A DNA stretch of 52,535 bases from a virus. Its lineage: Duplodnaviria; Caudoviricetes. The stretch spans positions 1-52,535 of the IMG/VR virus record IMGVR_UViG_3300024520_007217, one strand, 5' to 3'. The notes below the pieces were generated by a model that worked only from the letters and a program-made list of their open reading frames with translations, did not search any database and was not told the DNA's origin. Shown here in pieces: positions 34,280-43,625 of this stretch. The translations under genes were made by a program, and so were the position numbers. How positions within the stretch are numbered: position 1 is the stretch's first letter; the number at the start of each line of letters is the position of its first letter.

Positions 34280-34314
34280 AATCCTTTCAGGCAGTTTCTC
34301 GACTTGCCCAGGTC
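34280..34314 (-). repeat. 35-bp intergenic repeat, copy 1
   Basis: GACCTGGGCAAGTCGAGAAACTGCCTGAAAGGATT. Confidence 0.9.
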
Positions 34315-34328
34315 TCTAATTAGGCGGC

Positions 34329-34847
34329 TCAACGGAGGGCGTCTCCGCGATATATGTGGGAGTATTCATTGTCGGTGGTTTCGGAGGCGTAGTATTCCTC
34401 CTCATCCGCCTCCTCATCCTCAGCCTCAGCCTCGCTATCGGCCATCGCGGCCTGCTCGGCCTGGGGCTGCGGCATCGGCTCGTCGGGGGTCGCGGGCTGG
34501 GCGTTGCCGTTGGTGCCATTGGCGGGCGGGATGGTGGGGGAGACCCGAACCGTATTATGGGTCTCCCCGAACGCCCGCACCTCCTCAGAATAAATTTTGA
34601 TGCGCTGACCATTCCAGCCGTCAGTTTCTGGGCCGTACAATTTGGCGATAGTGCGCGCGTTGGTTTTGTTCAGGATTAGAGTTTTGGGGGTTTCCCTAAA
34701 CCCCAAAACGTATTTCTCCTCTTCCTGCCCGCGCATGTTTTTCAGAGACTCACTCTTAACGCCGGTCATTGTCAAGTTGACCGTGTTCCCTTTGGGTATA
34801 TGATCCCCCTGAAGGTGGGGGAATAGGTTAGTTTTGTAAATGTTCAT
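34329..34847 (-). CDS. Phage protein with acidic tail (possible ssDNA-binding protein)
   Basis: LILNKTNARTIAKLYG.ETDGWNGQRI motif; acidic C-terminus; function is inference. Confidence 0.6.
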   Translation of the reverse strand: MNIYKTNLFPHLQGDHIPKGNTVNLTMTGVKSESLKNMRGQEEEKYVLGFRETPKTLILNKTNARTIAKLYGPETDGWNGQRIKIYSEEVRAFGETHNTVRVSPTIPPANGTNGNAQPATPDEPMPQPQAEQAAMADSEAEAEDEEADEEEYYASETTDNEYSHIYRGDALR

Positions 34848-34887
34848 TTCGCTCCTTTAGTGGGGGGCCAGCCCCCCAGGTAAAGTT

Positions 34888-35382
34888 TCAGTTATTAATC
34901 ACAACCGGCTCCCCTGCGAAGGGGATCGGCGGCGCTGGAAGGTCCAGCGCCAGCAAATAGGCCAGATGTTGCGCCAGGCAATGGGCGCATATTTTGCCGA
35001 GTTGGGCATCCCAGACACGCGCCTCGCAACTGCAACTGTACTTTTTTGTGACCCCATCAAACCGGGTCTTGTGGTAGACATCGGCCCGGCTCTGGCTTCC
35101 AACTTCGCCGTTTGAATAAACCTTGCCGTGTACGATCAACGAGGCCGCCTTGAGCAAGCCGTTGGTGATTGTTTTGCCGTGTGCGGCGGCAAGTTGGACG
35201 ACCTTGGCGGCCATCTCCGGGTGGTCGCTGCCCAGGGCCACAAGCATCGCCTCCTGTCGGCTTGCGCAATCCGTTGTGCGTGTGTTCCTAGCCTGCCACA
35301 TTTTCTTATCTCTATTAAATCGAACCGCCGTCTTGACGGGCGATTTAGTTTGGTTTATCATTATATAACCTTTATTTATCAT
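34888..35382 (-). CDS. SWIM zinc-finger protein
   Basis: CSCEA...CAHCLA. Confidence 0.7.
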   Translation of the reverse strand: MINKGYIMINQTKSPVKTAVRFNRDKKMWQARNTRTTDCASRQEAMLVALGSDHPEMAAKVVQLAAAHGKTITNGLLKAASLIVHGKVYSNGEVGSQSRADVYHKTRFDGVTKKYSCSCEARVWDAQLGKICAHCLAQHLAYLLALDLPAPPIPFAGEPVVINN

Positions 35383-35449
35383 AGGTAGGAATGTTTCATC
35401 CCCCCCCGTTAGGTATACAGCGGGGGGGGTTTTATTTGCAAGTGGGCGT

Positions 35450-35899
35450 CTACAGGTTGGCGCCGGTCAGGTTGGCGCCGGTCAGGTTAGCGCCGGCCAG
35501 GTCGGTCCCGCGCAGGGCGGCGCCGGTCAGGTCGGCCCCTTCCAGGTCGGCCCGGCGCAAGTTGGCCTGGTTCAGGTCGGCCCGGCTCAGGTCGGCTCCG
35601 CGCAGGTCGGCCCCGCTCAGGTCGGCCTCGCGCAGGGTTGCTCCGCGCAGGTTGGCAAAGCTCAGGTTGGCTCCGCTCAGGTTGGCTCCGCTCAGGTCGG
35701 CATTGCGTAGGTAGGCTCCGCCCAGGTTGTCTCCGCGCAGGTTGGCCCCGCTTAGGTCGGCCTGGCTCAGGTTGGCCCAACGCAAGTCGGTCCCGCGCAA
35801 GTCGGTCCGGCTCAGGTCGGCCCTGCTGCCGGAATTGCGGGCTTGAAGCCATTCGCGATGGCTTTCAAGAATACTTTTAATTTCTGCAGCGTCTAACAT
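35450..35899 (-). CDS. Pentapeptide repeat protein 2
   Basis: [10 protein letters not shown]-terminal cap then A[DN]Lxx repeats. Confidence 0.92.
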   Translation of the reverse strand: MLDAAEIKSILESHREWLQARNSGSRADLSRTDLRGTDLRWANLSQADLSGANLRGDNLGGAYLRNADLSGANLSGANLSFANLRGATLREADLSGADLRGADLSRADLNQANLRRADLEGADLTGAALRGTDLAGANLTGANLTGANL

Positions 35900-36249
35900 A
35901 CTATTCTCCTTGCTCTATTCTGGCTGGGGGGGTATGCCCACCGCTTATTGTACCATTCGCTGTTTTCATGCCCATAGCTATAGTCGGTATGGCGAACGGG
36001 CGTCTTTTTAGCAATTAATACTCCGTTCCGTTTCAACAGAGCCCGGGCCTCGATCTCGTTCATCTCTCCAAGCGCTGTATGATTCCAATCATCGGTAGTC
36101 CCTAGCCAGCCGCTTGTTTTTGGTTCGTTACTCATGTTTGTTTTTCCTGCCCGTTTGCCCATTCTGATTTTCTGGCCAAGATGCCCTTTATCCCTGTTGG
36201 GGCCGACGTATTCAATTCTGATTGGGTAATATTTCTTTGCCATTGTCAA
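35893..36249 (-). CDS. Hypothetical protein
   Basis: Overlapping operon gene, GGAGG RBS. Confidence 0.65.
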   Translation of the reverse strand: MTMAKKYYPIRIEYVGPNRDKGHLGQKIRMGKRAGKTNMSNEPKTSGWLGTTDDWNHTALGEMNEIEARALLKRNGVLIAKKTPVRHTDYSYGHENSEWYNKRWAYPPSQNRARRIVC

Positions 36250-36455
36250 TCACCTCCTTTCGATGCTGATTCAATTTCTACTAAAAGCGCATACGGCACG
36301 CTTTTAAGTTCGTTAATCTCCTCCGCCTGGAGCCACTCCAGGCTGGCCTCGCCGTCTGCGTGGCCTTCGTGCCATCCGAGGCGGCGGCATAGCTCCTGCC
36401 GATCCTCGAATGTGCTCTCGACATTCCACCAGTCTATGGGGTATTCGTCTTTCAT
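36246..36455 (-). CDS. Hypothetical protein
   Basis: Overlapping operon gene. Confidence 0.6.
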   Translation of the reverse strand: MKDEYPIDWWNVESTFEDRQELCRRLGWHEGHADGEASLEWLQAEEINELKSVPYALLVEIESASKGGD

Positions 36456-36712
36456 ATTAATCCTTCCGGGTTGATCCCGTCGAATTCAATGGTGATTTGC
36501 TCATCGCATTCGACGTAATCGTGGTCCTCGTCGAATGCGGTATATGGGGATTCTGCCAGGAAGTCCCAAGGGGTTGCGACTACCTGGTCGTATTTGAAAC
36601 TGGCTTGACTGGCCCAATATGGCCGATCTGAGCCGGGGGTGAGCCATAAGCTCATTCCCTGCAGTTGCATCGTGTCACAATGGGACAACCATTCTGTATG
36701 TTCTATTTTCAT
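36452..36712 (-). CDS. Hypothetical acidic protein, first gene of the left arm
   Basis: AAAGGA RBS after leftward promoter. Confidence 0.65.
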   Translation of the reverse strand: MKIEHTEWLSHCDTMQLQGMSLWLTPGSDRPYWASQASFKYDQVVATPWDFLAESPYTAFDEDHDYVECDEQITIEFDGINPEGLI

Positions 36713-36745
36713 CTGCGTTTTCCTTTATTTTTAACCTGCCTGTTT

Positions 36746-36849
36746 ACTATCTACCATTATATACTATAATGTTCTATATTAATATAGGATAAAAGTACCA
36801 AAATAGGAGGTTGCAATACAGAACAAAACAGTATATAATAGTAGATAGT
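36746..36849. promoter_or_regulatory. Central divergent promoter region
   Basis: Plus TTGCAA(36811)-17-TATAAT; mirror TATAAT on minus; 19/20 inverted repeat 36746-36765 vs 36830-36849. Confidence 0.8.
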
Positions 36850-36878
36850 TATGGTGATATTCAAGGAAAGAGGGCCGA

Positions 36879-37466
36879 ATGAAACGGAATATATCAGATC
36901 TAAAAAAGAAAGCTCATCTGTGCCAAGTTACCCCCATCAGGGGAGATCAGTTCCGAGTCCAGAGCCCGTCTGGACAAAGTTACATTGTCCGACCCCAAGT
37001 TGAACACTGTGAGTGCAAATGGAATAAATACACAGGGAAAGCCTGTGCCCATTTAATCGCAGTAGAGGCGTTCGTTGACGATCTTCGCGGACGCGGAACT
37101 TCCGTCTGGCAGAAACGGGAAGAAGCAAAAAGGCAGAGACGCCCCACAAGCCAGGTAGGGGATATCTTTCTCACTCATCGCAAAAAAGAAACTACCCCGA
37201 CAGTCACCTGGGTGGTGGGCCGAATGACCGCTACACATTCATCAGGTTACGATGCGGGTGTGGCGGTTTATATTCGCCACACCAAATCAGCTACAGCTAC
37301 CAAATGGATTATTTTTAATGGGCTGCCCGGCTTCCCGTCGCTGTCTGTGGATAGCGACAAAGCAAAGACAATAGTGGCTACTGACCGACATGAAGGGCGG
37401 CCAGTAGTTGCTAAAAATCAAACAATCATAGAATGGGCATATCAACGCTCATTCGGGAGAGGATAA
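36879..37466 (+). CDS. SWIM zinc-finger protein
   Basis: VQSPSGQSYIV...CECKW...CAHLIAV. Confidence 0.75.
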   Translation: MKRNISDLKKKAHLCQVTPIRGDQFRVQSPSGQSYIVRPQVEHCECKWNKYTGKACAHLIAVEAFVDDLRGRGTSVWQKREEAKRQRRPTSQVGDIFLTHRKKETTPTVTWVVGRMTATHSSGYDAGVAVYIRHTKSATATKWIIFNGLPGFPSLSVDSDKAKTIVATDRHEGRPVVAKNQTIIEWAYQRSFGRG

Positions 37467-38572
37467 TGGCTCTATCTGAAGAAACAAAAAAAATTCTTGA
37501 AAGCCATCACCGATGGCTTCAAGACCAGAATACCGGAAGCAGGGGCGACCTAAGCGGGACCGACTTGCGCGGGTCCGACCTGAGCGGAGCCAACCTGAAC
37601 GGGACCGACTTGCATGGAGCCGACTTTCGCGAGGCCAACCTGAGCAGGGCCGACCTGAGCGGAACCGACCTGAACGGGACTGACCTAAGCGGAGCCAACC
37701 TGAGCAGAGCCGTCCTGAGCGGAGCCGACCTTCGTGAGGCCGTCCTGAGCCGGGCCGACCTGCGCAAGGCCGACCTGCGCGGGACCGACCTGGGCAAGGC
37801 CAACCTGAGCGGAGCCGACCTGGGAGAGGCCGACCTAAGCGAGGCCGTCCTGTATAGGGGAAACCTGAGCAAGGCCGACCTGAGCCAGGCCAACCTGAGC
37901 CAGACCGACCTGAGCGAGGCGAACCTGAGCAGAGCCAACCTGAGCGGGACCGTCCTGAGCGGAACCGTCCTGAGCGAGGCTGACCTGAGCAGGGCCTACC
38001 TGAGCAAGGCCGACCTGCGCGAGGCTGACCTGAGCAGGGCCGACCTGAGCGGAGCCGACCTGAGCGGAGCCAACCTGCGCGGGACCGACCTGAGCGGAGC
38101 CAACCTGCGCGGAGCCAACCTGAGCAGGGCCGACTTGCGCAAGGCCGACTTGCGCGGGACCGACCTGTGCGAGGCCGACCTGTGCAAGGCCAACCTGAGC
38201 GAGGCCGACCTGTGTGGGAGTCACCTGTGTGGGGGCTACCTAGGCAAGGCCGACCTAAGCAAGGCCAACCTGATCGGGGCCGACCTGCGCGAGGCCAACC
38301 TGATCGGGGCCGACCTGAGCGGAGCCTACCTGCGCGGAGCCTACCTGCGCGAGGCCGTCTTGAGCGGAGCAAACCTGCGCAATGCCAATTTGAGCCGGGC
38401 CGTCTTGAGCGGAGCAAACCTGCACGGAGCCGACCTGAACGAGGCCAAACTGAACGAGGCCGACCTGTGCGGAGCCGACCTGCGCGGGGCAAACCTGAAC
38501 AAGGCCAAACTGAACAAGGCCAAACTACACGGGGCTGACCTGAACAGGGAGATCAGCCTAATGTTAGGCTGA
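37466..38572 (+). CDS. Pentapeptide repeat protein 3 (longest)
   Basis: Start moved to MALSEETKKILESHHRWL (GAGG RBS, TAATG overlap); nearly all A[DN]Lxx repeats. Confidence 0.92.
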   Translation: MALSEETKKILESHHRWLQDQNTGSRGDLSGTDLRGSDLSGANLNGTDLHGADFREANLSRADLSGTDLNGTDLSGANLSRAVLSGADLREAVLSRADLRKADLRGTDLGKANLSGADLGEADLSEAVLYRGNLSKADLSQANLSQTDLSEANLSRANLSGTVLSGTVLSEADLSRAYLSKADLREADLSRADLSGADLSGANLRGTDLSGANLRGANLSRADLRKADLRGTDLCEADLCKANLSEADLCGSHLCGGYLGKADLSKANLIGADLREANLIGADLSGAYLRGAYLREAVLSGANLRNANLSRAVLSGANLHGADLNEAKLNEADLCGADLRGANLNKAKLNKAKLHGADLNREISLMLG

Positions 38573-38575
38573 TCA

Positions 38576-39325
38576 ATGAGACCATCTAATATCATCCTCT
38601 CCCAGATTATCAAAGGCGAACTGACCTTTGATAATCTAAGAGAATACAACGAAGAGTTGTTGGCCGATACCAAAATCCGGATAGAAAACCTCTATCCAGA
38701 AGAAATCAACTCAGGTGAGTTGAGCGGGATCACGTATCAGGCCATGCTCATCCTGCATGATCTAAAGAGTCTTGATGTAGAGACACAGATCAAAAGTATT
38801 CTCGTTTTATCTCGACTCCACATAGCGAGCGAGAGGCAGCTATATGTGGCGGCAGGCTATTCCTCAATTGAAGATTGGCTCGATAGCTACGGGCTAAATG
38901 CCAGGTCAGGGACACTCAGCCAACTACTGGCTGTTGCTAGAGAAATTGTCCCTTGGTGTGTTGCTCACCAAATAACGGTCGGCGGGAACCCAGTAACTAT
39001 AGACTGGTTCAGGCGAGTTGTAGGGGGAAAGTGTCTCGCATCGAGAGCCTGTCTGATGGTAAGTTTTTTTAGAAAAACCATCACTCAGGGAGATATTGTC
39101 CAACAAAAAAAGACCATCCAATTAGCCCTGGCTGCGGTAGAGAGCCCAGTATTCACGCGAGGTTACCTAAACGACACATTTTCAGGATACACTAACCCGC
39201 AACCGATAATCGGTCGGATTGAGGAACTGAAAGGCCAACAAGTATTAATCGTTATCCTCGAAGACAACGATCAACTTGATTGGATCAAACGGAAACTGGG
39301 GGCAACCCTGGAAATTATGATATAA
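38576..39325 (+). CDS. Hypothetical protein
   Basis: 249-aa ORF in operon. Confidence 0.65.
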   Translation: MRPSNIILSQIIKGELTFDNLREYNEELLADTKIRIENLYPEEINSGELSGITYQAMLILHDLKSLDVETQIKSILVLSRLHIASERQLYVAAGYSSIEDWLDSYGLNARSGTLSQLLAVAREIVPWCVAHQITVGGNPVTIDWFRRVVGGKCLASRACLMVSFFRKTITQGDIVQQKKTIQLALAAVESPVFTRGYLNDTFSGYTNPQPIIGRIEELKGQQVLIVILEDNDQLDWIKRKLGATLEIMI

Positions 39326-39343
39326 TAATCGGGAGGGAAAATT

Positions 39344-39583
39344 ATGGCCAACTTGCAAGAATGGAGAGGTGCGCCAACGACAATAAACGCCAGCGAGGCA
39401 GCAGACCTCGTGGGTGTAGAATATCATTCAGTTTGCCGCTGGATAAAAGAAGGCCGGCTAAACGCCTGGAAGAACGGGCGGGAATGGGTGATACTTAAGC
39501 GGGACGCGTTCCCGTTCTCTAAGATTTATCAAGCGGCAGTACTTAGAGGGGAGAAGTTGAGCCTCTATGAGAGGAATCCTTAA
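39344..39583 (+). CDS. Excisionase-like HTH DNA-binding protein
   Basis: ASEAADLVGVEYHSVCRWIKEGRLNAWKNGREWVI. Confidence 0.8.
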   Translation: MANLQEWRGAPTTINASEAADLVGVEYHSVCRWIKEGRLNAWKNGREWVILKRDAFPFSKIYQAAVLRGEKLSLYERNP

Positions 39584-39608
39584 CGATTCGAGAGGATTCC
39601 CAACCAAG

Positions 39609-39643
39609 AAAAAAACGGCCAGCATCTTAGCCGGCCGCTTTTT
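39609..39643. terminator. Possible bidirectional terminator
   Basis: A7-CGGCC...GGCCG-C-T5. Confidence 0.45.
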
Positions 39644-39679
39644 CAATCCGATCAACAAAAAAGGAGAAACAAAAGAAAC

Positions 39680-40612
39680 ATGACAAATATACCATATTCT
39701 CAAGATAAAGTCAATATAACATCACATAATGTTTTAAGATTGCCTCATTCTAAGCTACATCAAAAAAGCGACCCAAATAAATATACGAGTGCTTGCCCGT
39801 TTTGCAACCAGGGCAAGGATAGATTTTATTTCTGGGCCGACGCGGGTAATTTTTGGTGCAATGTTTGTAATCAAAGCGGGTTCGTGTCAGATGCGCCTGA
39901 AAGCCCGGGTATCCCATCCTCAAAGCCAGGCCCGGACCCATCACAAAAAGAGAAACACAAGACAATAATCAGTCGTTTAGAGGCTAAGGGGCAAGCAGAC
40001 CGCTATCACGCCGCCCTTAACCCAAGCCATAGAGAGTATTTACATACTACCTATGGGCTAACGAATGACAGCATCAATGAGGCAAAGCTAGGGTATGTGT
40101 CTCATTGCCCAACATGTCCTAGGTCCGACAGCATCTCGATTCCCTACTATTGGACAAACGGACGAGTGAGATTGCTCAACCTGCGGCATAGGCTCCTTGC
40201 GCCTGAACATCAAACAGGCGACAAATACCGACCTGAACAAGCGGGAATGACCTCAACTTTGTTCAATATTGATCTTCTATTGGACAAAACAGAACCAATT
40301 GCCATTTTGCTTGAGGGCGAATTTAAGGCCCTGGTTTTAAAACAATTCTACTTGCCCGCAGTGGCAATCTCAGGTCTGCACGCCTGGGATGCATCCTGGG
40401 CAAAATATTTTGAGGGGAAAGAAGTTTACATCGCGTTGGATCCAGGAGAAAAGGAACACGGCAAAGCTATCGAATATGGCCGCGCTATTTCCAACTTCGC
40501 CGCTCGAACCTATATTTGCACGTTGCCGTTTAAGCCGGATGATATGTTGATTAAAATGGGATATGATATCGAGTCATTCTCGGCGTTCCTGGAAATGGGG
40601 AGGAGGCTATGA
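39680..40612 (+). CDS. DNA primase (zinc finger + TOPRIM)
   Basis: CPFC...CNVC; LLEGEFKAL; IALDPG; KPDD. Confidence 0.85.
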   Translation: MTNIPYSQDKVNITSHNVLRLPHSKLHQKSDPNKYTSACPFCNQGKDRFYFWADAGNFWCNVCNQSGFVSDAPESPGIPSSKPGPDPSQKEKHKTIISRLEAKGQADRYHAALNPSHREYLHTTYGLTNDSINEAKLGYVSHCPTCPRSDSISIPYYWTNGRVRLLNLRHRLLAPEHQTGDKYRPEQAGMTSTLFNIDLLLDKTEPIAILLEGEFKALVLKQFYLPAVAISGLHAWDASWAKYFEGKEVYIALDPGEKEHGKAIEYGRAISNFAARTYICTLPFKPDDMLIKMGYDIESFSAFLEMGRRL

Positions 40613-41325
40613 AAATAACATTAACACAATTACAGCAGCATAACGTCTGCGCTGATGGCATAGAAATATTCAAAAAGCTATGTCCAAACGGCGAAACAGG
40701 GGATATCGAATGGACCCCAGCCATGCAAGGATTCTTGCTCGGAACTCCGCTTAAAAAATATTTTGCCTGGCTGGTGACAGAGGGCTTTATCCCATGCTTG
40801 TCGATGGCCGAAGCCAACCTAAGCTATGTCAACCTGTGCTATGCTGACCTGCGCGGGGCTGACCTGCGCTTTGCCGACCTGCGCTTTGCCGACCTGATCA
40901 TGACCGACCTGCGCGGGGCTGACCTACGCTATGCCGATATGAGAAAAGCTAACCTGACCGGGGCCGTCTTGCGCAGGGCTGACCTGCGCAAGGCCGATCT
41001 GCACGGGGCCAACCTGACCGGGGCCAACCTGAGCGGAACCGACTTACGTGGAATCGAGCTAATCGAGACAAATTTACATCAAGCCGATCTGTACCAATCC
41101 GATCTACGCGGAGCAGATCTGCACAAGGCCAACCTATACAAAACTAACCTAATCGAAACCGATTTGCGCTATGCCAATCTACATGATGCCTATTTACGTG
41201 AAACCGATCTATGCGGGGCAGAACTGCGCGGAGCGGAGCTGAGCGGAGCTGACCTCCATAGTATTACCTACAATAATTGTACTCAATTCCCAATGTGTTT
41301 TGACCTAAAAGAGGCCGGGCTATGA
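40609..41325 (+). CDS. Pentapeptide repeat protein 4
   Basis: N-terminal CADGIEIF domain then A[DN]Lxx repeats ending YNNCTQFP. Confidence 0.92.
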   Translation: MKITLTQLQQHNVCADGIEIFKKLCPNGETGDIEWTPAMQGFLLGTPLKKYFAWLVTEGFIPCLSMAEANLSYVNLCYADLRGADLRFADLRFADLIMTDLRGADLRYADMRKANLTGAVLRRADLRKADLHGANLTGANLSGTDLRGIELIETNLHQADLYQSDLRGADLHKANLYKTNLIETDLRYANLHDAYLRETDLCGAELRGAELSGADLHSITYNNCTQFPMCFDLKEAGL

Positions 41326-41503
41326 TCACTTGGGACTTTGATTCGCAAATAAAATCTATTTGGCTGACCTCCCACATCCTGATTACTTGGGAATGGGACT
41401 ATAACTTTTGGGAAACTCTTAGCATAACATTCTATAAAACCCCATATGAATAAAAAAGGTGGATAAAATGAACATACCAGATTATTCTATTGGAAACCAA
41501 GTC

Positions 41504-41770
41504 TTGACCTGACCAAAGTAATGAGGTATACTATTAGTGCAGATTCGAACCGATCTATAGTGGTCGGTGTAGGACCTGCTAACGAGACATCAAGCCGGGC
41601 TGTAGTTTTTGCGAGGATTCTACAGCCCGGCTGGACCAACAACCTAACGCCATCCGTATGGCAACCCAAGGACATAAACCGTTTCGGTTTTGTATTCTTG
41701 CTTCGTTGCGCTCTCCTTGGGGCAATACGGAGCAACGAGGCAAGAATACAGACCCTAAGCGGTTTTTTTA
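41504..41770 (+). promoter_or_regulatory. Promoter with long structured leader
   Basis: TTGACC-17-TATACT; hairpin GCCGGGCTGTAG/CTACAGCCCGGC; long hairpin 41676-41765 followed by T run. Confidence 0.7.
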
Positions 41771-41795
41771 TTCGCAAAACGGAGAAGAGCACATT

Positions 41796-43085
41796 ATGGA
41801 CAAAGCGATTCCATTAAATGTTTCAGATATCATATTCAGAGAGGACCTTTACCCTCGGTTTGATTCTGATCCTACCACCATTCAGCAATATGCAGAAAAT
41901 CTGGACGTATTGCCGCCGGTTGAAATCAATCAACACAATGAGCTAATAGACGGCTATCATCGCTGGACGGCTCACCGAAAAAAGGGAGAAAAGACCATCC
42001 AGGCGATTGTCACAGAAACCAAAAGCGACAATCACTTTTTGAGATTAGCGATAGAGCGCAATGCCTGGCATGGTCTGCAACTAAGTAACCCAGAAAAGAA
42101 ACATCTGGTACTCAAAATGTACACTGGAGATAAGGACGAGAAGGCAGAATTCGCCAGGTTGCTATCGGTCACTGAACGCACGATAAAAAATTGGACTAGC
42201 CGCAGGGATAAAGACCTAAAAGAAAAACGCAATCAAGATATCTTTGATATGTGGCTGGCTTGTTATACTGAAGATGAGATCGCGGAAGAGATGGGAACCG
42301 TCCAGCAAACGGTAAGCAATGTGATTAAAGAATCCCTAATTTTGGAAAACTTTCCAAAATTAGGGATTTTCGCCAACTACCAAGAGCCAGGCTGGAAACC
42401 ACCAATCTACAACATATGGAAAAAACAAAACAAAACTAATAAAGTCACACACCCCGGCAATTCCGAGGCGGGGTTTTTAGATAAGCTACTGTATCTGTAT
42501 ACAAACCCTTTTGATATTGTGGTTGACCCCTTCGGTGGGGGGGGCTCGACTATTGACATCTGCAAGAAACGGTTACGCCGATATTGGGTCAGCGACCGAT
42601 TGCCAATAGTTGAGCGAAATGATATCAGGCAGCTAGATATTACTCAATCTGTCCCCCCGTTACATAAAAGATGGGGAGACGTGAAGCTGTTATATCTTGA
42701 CCCTCCATACTGGAAACAGGCCGAAGGGGCGTACAGCCAAGATGAAACTGACTTAGCAAACATGCCGCTTGATGAATTTTACATCAAGCTAATGAACTTG
42801 GTTTACACATGCGCGGACAAGATGAAACCAGGCAGCCATCTCGCATTAATGATCCAACCTACACAATGGAAAAATGAGGACAAGTCTGTAACCGATCATG
42901 TGACAGACTTAATTGCTGCAAGCCTGGCCTATCAAACCCTATCTTTGTCTATTCGCATCAGTTGCCCCTACGAAAGCCAACAGGCAAACGCCCAACAGGT
43001 GCAGTGGGCTAAAGACAATAAACAAATACTCGTTCTTAGCCGAGAAATAATAATATGGGAGGTGCTAGGTGACAAGACAAGCTAA
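41796..43085 (+). CDS. ParB-like + HTH + DNA methyltransferase-like protein
   Basis: LIDGYHRWTA; VVDPFGGGGST; YLDPPYW; start moved to MDKAIPL behind GGAG. Confidence 0.8.
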   Translation: MDKAIPLNVSDIIFREDLYPRFDSDPTTIQQYAENLDVLPPVEINQHNELIDGYHRWTAHRKKGEKTIQAIVTETKSDNHFLRLAIERNAWHGLQLSNPEKKHLVLKMYTGDKDEKAEFARLLSVTERTIKNWTSRRDKDLKEKRNQDIFDMWLACYTEDEIAEEMGTVQQTVSNVIKESLILENFPKLGIFANYQEPGWKPPIYNIWKKQNKTNKVTHPGNSEAGFLDKLLYLYTNPFDIVVDPFGGGGSTIDICKKRLRRYWVSDRLPIVERNDIRQLDITQSVPPLHKRWGDVKLLYLDPPYWKQAEGAYSQDETDLANMPLDEFYIKLMNLVYTCADKMKPGSHLALMIQPTQWKNEDKSVTDHVTDLIAASLAYQTLSLSIRISCPYESQQANAQQVQWAKDNKQILVLSREIIIWEVLGDKTS

Positions 43086-43593
43086 GAACAACTATGCATG
43101 TTTATTTTGTCAAGTCGATTTAGTTTGCCCATTGTGCCGCAAGACAAGAAAAATGGGAACCCCATTTAGTTTGTGGCTTAGGCAGCTATCTGCACCATTA
43201 ACCAGTCGCACGGTCTACAATTCAGATATTGACCATGTTTGGTGGCATTATAAAGATGGGTGGCTCATAACAATAGAAGAAAAACAATATGGGGCTGATA
43301 TAAAAAGACCGCAGCAAGAATTAATAGATATAGTTTCAGAAAGGCTTTCAGGGTTCACCGGGATTACCCAAAAAACGCTAAGGGGCGTCAGACCTGTTCA
43401 ATACAGGGGACACTATAATATAATATTTGAAAAAACCTGTCCAACTGATAGTCAATGGATTCGGATTAACAAACAGACAACAAGTATTGAACAACTAATG
43501 ATTTTATTATCTACTGGCAATTTATCGCTTCCTTTAGCGTATGATTATGATATTGATGAACTAGTGGCCAATATATTGCCAACATTTATATAA
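43069..43593 (+). CDS. Hypothetical protein, possible PD-(D/E)xK nuclease fold
   Basis: SDID...IEEK...Q pattern; N-terminal CxxC-CxxC. Confidence 0.5.
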   Translation: MTRQAKNNYACLFCQVDLVCPLCRKTRKMGTPFSLWLRQLSAPLTSRTVYNSDIDHVWWHYKDGWLITIEEKQYGADIKRPQQELIDIVSERLSGFTGITQKTLRGVRPVQYRGHYNIIFEKTCPTDSQWIRINKQTTSIEQLMILLSTGNLSLPLAYDYDIDELVANILPTFI

Positions 43594-43625
43594 TTTAATA
43601 GGTTTTATCATTCAGGAGAAAAACA

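Noticed and set aside
33479-34314. 35-bp repeats as a CRISPR array
   Set aside because: The intervening sequences are whole genes of 330-400 bp and no cas genes are present
37449-38538. Long alternative-frame and antisense ORFs over pentapeptide genes (also 30245-30637, 35391-35880)
   Set aside because: Artefacts of 15-bp periodic, stop-poor sequence
41550-41640. tRNA-like cloverleaf in the leader
   Set aside because: No T-loop TTCGA in the right position, no anticodon arm geometry and no CCA end
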